Assembly (NCBI GenBank): GCA_964616985.1
Contig: CAZTVF010000027.1
Location: 1-49,616, forward strand
DNA: 49,616 bases
Source: an uncultured Planctomycetaceae bacterium
Lineage (GTDB): Bacteria; Planctomycetota; Phycisphaerae; SM23-33
Reading direction: 5' to 3'
Numbering within the stretch: position 1 is the stretch's first letter; every line of letters begins with the position of its first letter. Both the position numbers and the translations under genes were made by a program. The notes below the pieces were generated by a model, which searched no databases, had not been told where the DNA came from, and worked only from the letters and a program-made list of their open reading frames with translations. Positions 27,990 through 36,544 of the stretch are shown here, piece after piece.

Positions 27990-29252
27990 CTACTTCTGTT
28001 CCTGCGACAGCGACGAGTGGTAGTCGCTCACCAGGTCGCGGTTGCGCTCCGACATGACCTTCTTCATGATCTGCTGCAGGCGGTCGCGTTCGCGAGGCGG
28101 CAGCGACGACCAGTCGGAGGTCTCGTCGGTGGGGTGAATCGTGCCGAGGTTGCGCGGGCGTTCCACCGAGCCGGGAACCACGGCGCTCTTCTGTGCGGGC
28201 GATGACGGGTTGTTGCCGTTCGGCGGCCCGCCCTGGCCCTGCGCCTGGCCCTGCTTCTGTTCCTTGCCGCCTTCCTCGCCCTTCTCGCCCTTCTTCTTGT
28301 CCTTGTCCTGGCTTTGACTCTGGCTCTGGTTGTTCTTTTCCTTCTCTTCCAGCGTGCGGATGAGGTCTTCGAGCACCGCGACGATTTCCTTTTCCTTCTC
28401 CTGCGTCGCCGGGCCGCTGTCCTTCTCGTTGAGCTTCTGCTCCACCTCGCCCATCCGCCCGCCGATGTGGGCCAGCGGATCCTTGTAGATCTTCTGCCAG
28501 CCCTCGACCTTGGCCGTGAGCTTCTGGAAGTCCGCCGTGCTGAACACCAGCCCGTAGTTGCGGGCGCAGTACGTCAGCATCTCCGACGCATAAATGAAGC
28601 GGCCGAGCTTCTCGTACATCTCAGCCGACTCCAGCGCCGACGCCACCGCGAAGCTGATCCGCTCGGGCATGCTCGCCAGCAATTCCTGGTACGCCGCCAG
28701 TGCCTGGTAGGCAGTGTCGCGGCTTTCCTTGCCCTTGTTCTCCTTCGCCTGGTCCTGCGACAGGCCCGCCAGCGCCTTGGCGTAGAGATAGTGCTTGGCC
28801 GTGTTGAGGTAGCTCGACTGCGTGTGATCGAGGCTCTTCAACGCCTCGGTCAATTCGAGGTGCTTGCCCTCGGCCAGCAGCTTGTGATACTTGCCGAACT
28901 GCGTGTCGACCTTGGCCATGGCCTTGCAGATGCGGTCGATGTTGTCCTGGCGGGTGTTGGCGGGCTTGTCGTGCATCGCCTTGATCGCCGCTTCCTTGGC
29001 GTCTTCCTCCAGCAGGAGGCTGTCGCGGATCTCGTCCGACGCCTTGACGCGCTCATCGGCCAGGCGAGATTCCTCCGCCCGCTGCAGGAGCTTCTCGAGT
29101 TCCTCGGGGCTGATGTCCTTCCACAACTCCGCGGCCGTGGCGTTGGCATCGGCCGAGGGCAGCGTGGTGGCTTCCAACCAGGTCTGCGCACGGGCGGCGG
29201 CGGTAAGGCCAAGGCCCGCGACGATTGCGATGATCAGCAGCTTAGTTTTCAT
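27990..29252 (-). CDS. Secreted K/E/Q-rich low-complexity protein (420 aa), member of the MoxR-vWA supra-operon
   Basis: A signal peptide MKTKLLIIAIVAGLGLTAAARA is present. The C-terminal third is poly-charged (KEKNNQSQSQSQDKDKKKGEKGEEGGKEQKQGQAQGQGG). ATG is preceded by GAGGTG. It overlaps the upstream gene end by 11 nt. Confidence 0.5.
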   Translation of the reverse strand: MKTKLLIIAIVAGLGLTAAARAQTWLEATTLPSADANATAAELWKDISPEELEKLLQRAEESRLADERVKASDEIRDSLLLEEDAKEAAIKAMHDKPANTRQDNIDRICKAMAKVDTQFGKYHKLLAEGKHLELTEALKSLDHTQSSYLNTAKHYLYAKALAGLSQDQAKENKGKESRDTAYQALAAYQELLASMPERISFAVASALESAEMYEKLGRFIYASEMLTYCARNYGLVFSTADFQKLTAKVEGWQKIYKDPLAHIGGRMGEVEQKLNEKDSGPATQEKEKEIVAVLEDLIRTLEEKEKNNQSQSQSQDKDKKKGEKGEEGGKEQKQGQAQGQGGPPNGNNPSSPAQKSAVVPGSVERPRNLGTIHPTDETSDWSSLPPRERDRLQQIMKKVMSERNRDLVSDYHSSLSQEQK

Positions 29253-31602
29253 TTTTCACCTCGGTCGGGACAATCGCGCGCGGCTGGGGCTGGTCCTGCT
29301 TCTTGGCCAGCTTCTCCTGGAGTTCCTTGGTCATCTTCGTCACGGACGCCTGGCGATCAGCCAGCGACTTCTGCTGCGTCTCCAACTGCTCGCCGGTCAG
29401 GCTGCCGAGGCGCTTGTCCTGCTCGACGGCCACGGTGCGACTATGGATGCCCGCTTCCAGGGCCATGAGCATCTTCAGTTCGGCGATGGGCGGCACGAGC
29501 GGCTTCTTCCCGCCGCCACCCCCGCCGCCGCCACCACCGCCACCCCCGCCGCCCTTGGGCGGGTTGCGGCGTTCGGCCAGTTCCTTGCGGATCGCGTCGA
29601 TCATCTCCTGCAGATTGCGCTCGATGTCCTTCTGCACGGTCTGCGTCAGCACGCCCGCCTGCTTCTCGGCCAGGCGTTTCTGCGCTTCCTTCAGGTCGTT
29701 CTGCACCTCGACCAGGATCTTCGGGAAGATCGCCGTGGTGCCTTCCTTGGTGAGCATCTCATGGACCTTGGCGATGTCGACGGCGATGTTCGCCTCGCCC
29801 GGCGCCAACTGCCCGGTCAGCTTCAGCTCCGCCGTGCGCAACTCGGTCTTGTCGTTCTCCTTCAAGGAGACCATCTTCTCGTGCGTGGCACGCGTCTGCT
29901 CGGAGATGGCCTTCTGGGCCTTGAGGGACCGGTCCAGCATCTCGTCGATCTTGGCCAGTTCCTCCGCCTTCTTCTGCTCGGTTTCCCTGGCGATGGCCTC
30001 TTCGAGATCTTTCTTCGCCTTCTCGAGTTCTTCGACCGCGTCCTTCTGCTCCGAATTCGCCTTGCCGGGCTTCGACTCACCCATGCTCTGCGAGGCCTTG
30101 TCCATCGACTTCTTGGCGTTCTGTGCCGACTGCTGCCCCGGCGAAGGCTTGCCCGGCTGGGCCGACTTGTCCATGTCCTTGGCCACGTCTTCGGTCTTCT
30201 TGGCGTTCTCTTCCTGGTCCTTCTTCTGCTCGCCGGTCGGCCGCGGCGGCTGTTCCTTCATCTTTCGCTCGAGCTGCGCGAGCTTGTACTGCGCGTCCTT
30301 CTCGAGCTTCTTGATGGCCTCTTTCTGATTCTTGGCGGCCTCGGGGTTGGCCTGCTTCTCGAGATTCTCGCTGGCCTTCTTCATGTCCTCGGCCGCCTTG
30401 GCGATGTTGTCCGTGTTCAAGGCCGGCTGCGACGTCGCGCCCGCGGCCGAGTTCGAATCCGCCGGCTTGGCCCCCAACTGGTTGGGGTCCACGCCCGCGT
30501 CCTTGGCCAGGTCGTTCGCCTTCTTCTCAAGGTCCTGGGTCTTCTTGCCCAGGTCTGATTGCTTCGAGGCCATCTGCCCGCTCTTGCTGCCGGAGCTCAT
30601 CTTGGAGATCGCGTCGGACAGGGCCTGATCGGCCGCCTTCAGGTCGCTCATCGCCTGCGCCTGCGGGTCCGACGCCTTCTTCGACTCGCTCTTGCTCAGG
30701 GCGCTGGCGGCCTTGGACATTTCCTTCGCCGCCGAGTTGATCGCCTTGGCCGCATTGGCAATCGCGTTGGGGTCGGCCCCGGCGCCGGCGACGGCCTTGG
30801 CGAGGTTGGGGTCCTTGGCCGCGTCATCGGCCTTCTTGGCCGTCTCGCCGGTTCGGCCGGCGAGCTTCTCCTGCGACGCGCCGGCCACCGGCAGCTGATC
30901 GACCGGCGTGTTCTCCACCGCCTTGGCGGTCGCGTCCTGGTCGGCCATCGCCTTGCGGACTTCCTCGCGCAGCGCGGCGAGCTTGGCGATATTGGGGTCG
31001 CCGTCGCCAAGTTTCTCCGTCTCGTTCAGCAGTTCCTTCTGTTCCTTGACGATGTCCTTGAGCTGCGAGAACAGGTCCTGCATCCGCTGGTCCATCTCTT
31101 TGCCGTTCTCGGTGCGGGCGGACTCCTTGGCAAGGTTCTTCTCCTTGTCGAGGATCTTGTCCACCTTCTCCAGCTGGGCCTTGAGCTTCTCGATGTACTT
31201 GGCCCGTTCCTCGGGGTCCATCGCGTTGCGGCGCAGCGTCTCGAGCACCTCGCGGAGCTTTTTGATGACTTCGCCTTCCGTTTCGGCCGCCTTCGACGGC
31301 AGGCCCTTGGTCAGCAGCTCGATCACCTTCTCCATATCCTGCGAGATGAACGCCTTCTGGGCCGCGGCCACCGCGTCCAGCAGCGCCTTGGCCGACTCGG
31401 GCTCCGTCTTCTCCAGCAGCTTGGACAGCTCGATCATCGAAGCCGTCAGCTTCTCGAACTGCTCCTTGCTCAGCCGCTGCTCCAGGATCGTGCCCGCGCT
31501 CTGCGTGGCCGCGGCATCCTCGGCGCCGCGCGTCGGCGGCGTCAGACCGGCCAGCCCCGCCAGGGCCGCTGCTACACATGCTGCCACAATGAAACGTTTC
31601 AT
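29242..31602 (-). CDS. Secreted 786-aa coiled-coil/low-complexity protein with a 15-residue polyglycine tract (TIGR02302/DUF4175-like by composition)
   Basis: A signal peptide MKRFIVAACVAAALAGLAGL is present. The protein is extremely K/E/A/Q-rich with heptad-like repeats. ...RNPPKGGGGGGGGGGGGGGGKKPLVPP... is the Gly run. ATG at 31602 is preceded by AAAGGA. Confidence 0.55.
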   Translation of the reverse strand: MKRFIVAACVAAALAGLAGLTPPTRGAEDAAATQSAGTILEQRLSKEQFEKLTASMIELSKLLEKTEPESAKALLDAVAAAQKAFISQDMEKVIELLTKGLPSKAAETEGEVIKKLREVLETLRRNAMDPEERAKYIEKLKAQLEKVDKILDKEKNLAKESARTENGKEMDQRMQDLFSQLKDIVKEQKELLNETEKLGDGDPNIAKLAALREEVRKAMADQDATAKAVENTPVDQLPVAGASQEKLAGRTGETAKKADDAAKDPNLAKAVAGAGADPNAIANAAKAINSAAKEMSKAASALSKSESKKASDPQAQAMSDLKAADQALSDAISKMSSGSKSGQMASKQSDLGKKTQDLEKKANDLAKDAGVDPNQLGAKPADSNSAAGATSQPALNTDNIAKAAEDMKKASENLEKQANPEAAKNQKEAIKKLEKDAQYKLAQLERKMKEQPPRPTGEQKKDQEENAKKTEDVAKDMDKSAQPGKPSPGQQSAQNAKKSMDKASQSMGESKPGKANSEQKDAVEELEKAKKDLEEAIARETEQKKAEELAKIDEMLDRSLKAQKAISEQTRATHEKMVSLKENDKTELRTAELKLTGQLAPGEANIAVDIAKVHEMLTKEGTTAIFPKILVEVQNDLKEAQKRLAEKQAGVLTQTVQKDIERNLQEMIDAIRKELAERRNPPKGGGGGGGGGGGGGGGKKPLVPPIAELKMLMALEAGIHSRTVAVEQDKRLGSLTGEQLETQQKSLADRQASVTKMTKELQEKLAKKQDQPQPRAIVPTEVKNEN

Positions 31603-31651
31603 ACGGTCATCCTTTCCCCGCGGCCCCGCCGAAGCGCGCCGCATTATGCAC

Positions 31652-33880
31652 TCATTTATTCTCTGCCGCAGGTCCGGCGGGCTTGGTCTTGGCGCCCGGC
31701 GTGGGATCGAACAGCCTGGAATCTGTCGCCCGCTTGATCTTGAGAATCTCTTCCAGTGTCATATTCGACCGCTCGATCAGCTTGAGCAGTTCCTTCTCCG
31801 CTTCCTGGCGGCTGGTCTTCTCGATCATCTTCCGCAGGATCTCTTCCATCGTGGCGTGGATCTGCGCCTGGGCGGCGGCGATCGCGTCGCCCCGCTGCTG
31901 TATCGCCGCGGCGTCGCCCAGGGCGCCCGCCTGCCCCAGCAGGCCGATCGTTTCCTGGATCGGCTTGCCCAGTTCGGCCAGGGGCTTGGTGAGTTCATCC
32001 GTCATCTGGTCCAGCTCGCGCGGCAGGCTCACCCGGTTGCAACGCATCTCGGCCACGATCGCCGCCATCGTGTCGGCCGCCTTGGCGCATTCGGTGCCCA
32101 CGCTGGTCTGCAGGCGGCCCGACTCGGCCAGCAGGTTGCGGGCCGTGGCCAGGTCGCCGCCCTGGGCGGCCTCGACGGCCGAGGCGGTCCTCGTACGGGC
32201 GGTCTTTTCCACTTCCACCGCCTCGGAGAACTCCACGCGGAGCTCCTTCTGGCGGCGGATCATTTCTTCCTTCATGTCCTCGGGCTTGATGATCCGCAGT
32301 TCGATAACGCCGCTGCGCGAGCCGTTGGGGCCGCACGTGCCGTTGGGCTCCTTCGCCGTCGCCGGGGCCGTCAGCTGCGAAGGCATGTTGTCCCGTGCGG
32401 AGGCGACGATCTCGATGCTCTCGCCCACCTTCAGCGAATACTTCTCCAGGTCCAGCGTGTGCTCCACGCGGAAATCGCGAGACGAGGGCAGGTCGGTCAA
32501 CTCTTCCTTGACCGCCGGCGTGTCCTTTCTGGACATCATGACGTTGGCCACCGCGATGCCGTAGTCATCCTTCAATTGCACCACCAGCGGGATATACGCG
32601 TTGGGCGTCACCACCGCGCCCACCGAGTGCTTCTTCATCTCCACATCCGGCGGCAGGTCGGGCTGGATCTGCACCATGTAAGGCCGCTCGCGGCGGTTGG
32701 TCGAGCTGTCCGTGGCGGTCAGCACCATCTTGAAGCTCCGCGACAAGGCCACGTTTTCGCTGCTGACGGGGAACGAGCCCTTCAACTGCCGCTGGCCGGT
32801 GACGGTCATGTCCTGGACCTTCTTGTCGTCCACGTACAGCGTTGCCGACTGGATGTCCTTGCTCGCGTTGCCGTCGATGAAGATGGTGCTGCCGGGGGTG
32901 GCGACGAAGATGTCACGACCGCCCTCGGAGGAACTCGCCGGCCGCTTCATGTACTCCATGTGCTCGACGCGGAAGCGGATGTCCCTCATCGCCGGCGGGG
33001 GCACGACGGTGACGCGATGCTTGCGGCGGCCGTCGCGGCGGTCGTCGCCGCCGGTGGCATAGAAGGTGAACGGTTCGTCCACGGCAGGGATCTTCTTGCT
33101 GAACCGCACGCCTTCGCTGGCCTGGGCTTCGACCTTGACCTGCAGTTTCTCGCCCGAGGCGTATTCGACGTTGAGCAGGATGAACGGCGGCACCTTGCCG
33201 ACGGCCTCGACCGTGACGTCGAAGTCGTCGCCGCGGATGACGGTGAAGTCCGGGCCGCCCTGCACCACCAGGACCGTGTCCTGCGGCCAGTCGACGTCGG
33301 CAAAGGCGACGTTCCGCTGGAACCACATGGCCATCACGGGCTGCTGCCAGACGGTGAAGCCGATCAGCAGCCCCAGGGCGCAGGCGGCGATCATGCCCAA
33401 CTGGCGGAGGCGGCGGCGTTCGACGACGGCGCTGAAATCCAGTTCGCCGGCCAGTTGATTGGTCTCGGCCGCCAGGCGGCTGAGCATGGCGGGGCTGGCA
33501 TTCTCGGCCTGCTCGGGGGGGCGCTGCGAGAACTGCACCACGCTGACGAGGCGGTCGTCGAGTGTGGGATAATGCTTCTCCAGCAGCAGGGCCAGCGCGC
33601 TGGGGTCCATCGGCACCCGCAGGGGCGACACGAGCGAGCGCCACACCACCAGGCCCACCGCGCCCAGCGACACGGCCATCACCAGGCCTCGCAGCAGCCG
33701 GTCGGTGCGGAAGACGTAGTCGAAGGCGAGCGTGGCGAACACCGTGGCCACCAGCGCCACCAGCATCCAGGCCAGGCCTTCGTTCACCAGGCGCCGCCGC
33801 AGCGACTGCCGCAGCGATTGCAGCTTGTGACGCACTTCCGATTTGAGATAATCGTTGTTCATTCTGGGGCGTTCTCGCAT
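31652..33880 (-). CDS. Membrane-anchored protein (N-terminal TM helices plus large extracytoplasmic region, 742 aa), unknown function
   Basis: TM helices are GLAWMLVALVATVFATLAFDYVF, GLVMAVSLGAVGLVVW and MIAACALGLLIGFTVW. A long, globular-looking domain follows. It runs in series with the vWA genes. Confidence 0.55.
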   Translation of the reverse strand: MRERPRMNNDYLKSEVRHKLQSLRQSLRRRLVNEGLAWMLVALVATVFATLAFDYVFRTDRLLRGLVMAVSLGAVGLVVWRSLVSPLRVPMDPSALALLLEKHYPTLDDRLVSVVQFSQRPPEQAENASPAMLSRLAAETNQLAGELDFSAVVERRRLRQLGMIAACALGLLIGFTVWQQPVMAMWFQRNVAFADVDWPQDTVLVVQGGPDFTVIRGDDFDVTVEAVGKVPPFILLNVEYASGEKLQVKVEAQASEGVRFSKKIPAVDEPFTFYATGGDDRRDGRRKHRVTVVPPPAMRDIRFRVEHMEYMKRPASSSEGGRDIFVATPGSTIFIDGNASKDIQSATLYVDDKKVQDMTVTGQRQLKGSFPVSSENVALSRSFKMVLTATDSSTNRRERPYMVQIQPDLPPDVEMKKHSVGAVVTPNAYIPLVVQLKDDYGIAVANVMMSRKDTPAVKEELTDLPSSRDFRVEHTLDLEKYSLKVGESIEIVASARDNMPSQLTAPATAKEPNGTCGPNGSRSGVIELRIIKPEDMKEEMIRRQKELRVEFSEAVEVEKTARTRTASAVEAAQGGDLATARNLLAESGRLQTSVGTECAKAADTMAAIVAEMRCNRVSLPRELDQMTDELTKPLAELGKPIQETIGLLGQAGALGDAAAIQQRGDAIAAAQAQIHATMEEILRKMIEKTSRQEAEKELLKLIERSNMTLEEILKIKRATDSRLFDPTPGAKTKPAGPAAENK

Positions 33881-33934
33881 TACGCAAGCTTCAGGCCTGC
33901 GGGATTAGACGATCCATCCGGGTGCAAGTTCCAA

Positions 33935-36544
33935 TCAGGCCATGTTGTGTTTCTTGCGGAGCATCCACTCAGCCGCCAGCAGCACCACGATCATCACCAG
34001 GGCGAGGTTGGTGTCCCAGATGAAGCGAGGCTCGTCGTGGATGCTCACGCCGCGGTCCACGGGAATCTCGCCCAGGCGGCCCAACTGGCCCAGGGTGAGG
34101 AAGTTCTCGGCCGGGTACGCCATCGCCTTCATGGCTGAGGCGTCGGCCTCGGTGCGGACGAACTCGGCCTGCGGGAGATCGATCTCGATCTGCTTGACGA
34201 TGGTGGATTCGTTGGCGTCGCCGTCGCCGGGGGCCGGCAGCAGCTTGAACGAGCCCTTGCGATCGACGGTGAAGTTGGCCTTGAAATGCCCGGGCTTCTC
34301 ATCGCCGACGGCGTTGGCGACGATCTTGCGGTCGAGGAGGTTCGTCGAGGCGTCGATCATCTGCACCTCGTACGACTTTTCCTTGCGCGGCTGGAACTTC
34401 TCGTCATAGGCCTCCACCTCAACGGTGATGGGCTCGCCGACGGAGAAGTTGTTGCCGCCGGTGGTGATGATCACTCGCCGGGCCTGCAGCGTCGCCAGGT
34501 ACCGCACGACGTTGGCCCAGAATCGCCGGTGGTACTGCCCGTCCTTGACGTAGCGCCACCGCCACGTGTCGTCGAAGCCGACGTACAGGACGTTGCCCTT
34601 GCCATAAGGCTGGGCGGCCACCAGGGGCAGGGGCTCGTTCTTGCCGCTCATGCGCCGCAGCGGGTTGGAGCTGACGGCCAGCGTGCGGGCGCCGGGCTTG
34701 CTCTTGTAGACCGGGTGGGCCCAGAACAGCCCGGGGAGGTTCGTCCAGACGTTCTGCGATTCCTCGGCCGTGCCGGCCATGCGCATCACCGGATGGTCCA
34801 TGCCGTACGAGGTCAACCGCAGCGGGTACGCCTCGGGCCGGCCCTCGGACAGGCGGGTGATCTCGTTGATCGCGTTGGGGGCCAGGCTCACCGGCAGCAT
34901 CTCGGCGAAGTCGGCGAATTCCTTCGCGCCTTCGCTGGTCAGCAGCGTGGTCTCGGCGTACTTGTTGCCGGCGATGAGGCACAGGCCACCGTTGTGCTCC
35001 TGCACGAAGGGCTTGAGCAGGTCCTTCACGAAGTGCTGATCGAAGCCCCCGCCCGCCGACGGCGAGGGATCGTACAGGATGATCACGTTGTAGCCGGGCT
35101 TGTTCTCATCGCCCGGCACGCCGATCAGTTCTTCGAGCGACTGCGGCAGCTGGGCCAGCTTCATCCCGTTGGAGGACGCCTGGTTGATGTCCTTGTCGGC
35201 GTTCTGCTGCCAGATGCTCGTGCGGTACAGGTCGGGCTGCTGCAGCAGGAAGTTGCGGAGGTACTGGAATTCCCACCCCGCGTCGCCGCTGACCAGCAGC
35301 ACGCGGATCTTCTCGTCGGCCACCGTCACCTGGGCCAACGAGGAATTGTCGGCGGTGTTCTGCTCGCCCACCAGGGGCTCGATGAGGGCGCGGTATTCGA
35401 AGTCGCCCAGTTCGTCGGGCTCCAGCTGCATCGACACGGCCTGCAGACCCTGGGCCGACTGGTTGGGGTCGCCGGTGGCCTCCAGCGTGGCGGCCTGCGA
35501 AACCACCCGCCCGTCGGCGCTGATGGCTTCCTTCCAGTCGGACTCGCCGATGGCCCGCTTCTGCAGCTTCACCGTCACCGACTCCCCGGCCATGTTGCGG
35601 TGGGCGACCATGGCGGTGAATTCCACGTTGGCGCCGCGGCGGGTTTCGCGCGGGGCCTGCAGGGCGGTCACGGCCACGTTGCGGGGCGGCGTGGACACGC
35701 CCACCGCCACCGAGTACAGCCGCACGCCGCGCTCGGCGACGTAAGCCATCGCGCTGGCGCGGCGGGTCTCGGCGCCCAGCGTGGTGATCTGGCCGTCGCT
35801 CAGGTGAATGATGACGGGGGCCCGCTGGCCTTCCATCAGTTCCATCGCGCTGCGCAGGGCCGAGGGCGGATTTGTCGAATAGCCCGACCGCGTCAGGCCG
35901 CCCAGGGCCTGGCGCACGCGGGCCGACGCCTCGTTGGGGTCGAACACGCCGCCCTCGGGCCGCACCATGTCGATCCGCGCCATCTCGCGGGTGTAGCCCT
36001 GCTGCGACTGGGTGGGCTGGGTCGTCGAATATCGCATGACCACCAGCGGATGGTCGGCGGCGAGTTTCACCAGCGGCCCGTCCTTGGCGGCTAGGGCCTG
36101 CACGATCATCTCGCCGCGGCTGAGGTCGGCCAGCTTCTCGGCCGGCACGTTCAGCATCCTCGCCAGTTCGTCACGCTGGGCGGCGAGGTTCGGCTCGTCA
36201 TACTTGTCTTTGAAGGACATGCTCTGGCTGTCGTCGATCAGCAGCACGACGCTGCTGCTGAGCGTCTTGACGAACCGCAGCACCACCGCCGGCTGGAAGA
36301 TGATGCCGAACACCAGCGCGATAATCAGAATTCGGAGGGTCGCCAGCGTGGCCTTGGCCCGGACGGGCGCCTCGCCCTCGCGCCGGTAGCTGCGGATCGT
36401 CAGCCACACCATGCCCGCCAGCAGCACCACCAGGGCGAAGTTGACGTACTCGTTGTACTCGGCCACGGCACGCAAGCGCCAGTCGCCGTGGGAGAAGATG
36501 TCTTCCACGTCCGAATTCAGCAGCCATTTCCACAAAGCTATCAT
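33935..36544 (-). CDS. Membrane-anchored von Willebrand factor A (vWA/MIDAS) protein, BatB-like, 869 aa
   Basis: An N-terminal TM precedes the MIDAS motif VVLLIDDSQSMSF. ATG at 36544 lies immediately after the TAA of the upstream gene (TAAATG). Confidence 0.7.
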   Translation of the reverse strand: MIALWKWLLNSDVEDIFSHGDWRLRAVAEYNEYVNFALVVLLAGMVWLTIRSYRREGEAPVRAKATLATLRILIIALVFGIIFQPAVVLRFVKTLSSSVVLLIDDSQSMSFKDKYDEPNLAAQRDELARMLNVPAEKLADLSRGEMIVQALAAKDGPLVKLAADHPLVVMRYSTTQPTQSQQGYTREMARIDMVRPEGGVFDPNEASARVRQALGGLTRSGYSTNPPSALRSAMELMEGQRAPVIIHLSDGQITTLGAETRRASAMAYVAERGVRLYSVAVGVSTPPRNVAVTALQAPRETRRGANVEFTAMVAHRNMAGESVTVKLQKRAIGESDWKEAISADGRVVSQAATLEATGDPNQSAQGLQAVSMQLEPDELGDFEYRALIEPLVGEQNTADNSSLAQVTVADEKIRVLLVSGDAGWEFQYLRNFLLQQPDLYRTSIWQQNADKDINQASSNGMKLAQLPQSLEELIGVPGDENKPGYNVIILYDPSPSAGGGFDQHFVKDLLKPFVQEHNGGLCLIAGNKYAETTLLTSEGAKEFADFAEMLPVSLAPNAINEITRLSEGRPEAYPLRLTSYGMDHPVMRMAGTAEESQNVWTNLPGLFWAHPVYKSKPGARTLAVSSNPLRRMSGKNEPLPLVAAQPYGKGNVLYVGFDDTWRWRYVKDGQYHRRFWANVVRYLATLQARRVIITTGGNNFSVGEPITVEVEAYDEKFQPRKEKSYEVQMIDASTNLLDRKIVANAVGDEKPGHFKANFTVDRKGSFKLLPAPGDGDANESTIVKQIEIDLPQAEFVRTEADASAMKAMAYPAENFLTLGQLGRLGEIPVDRGVSIHDEPRFIWDTNLALVMIVVLLAAEWMLRKKHNMA

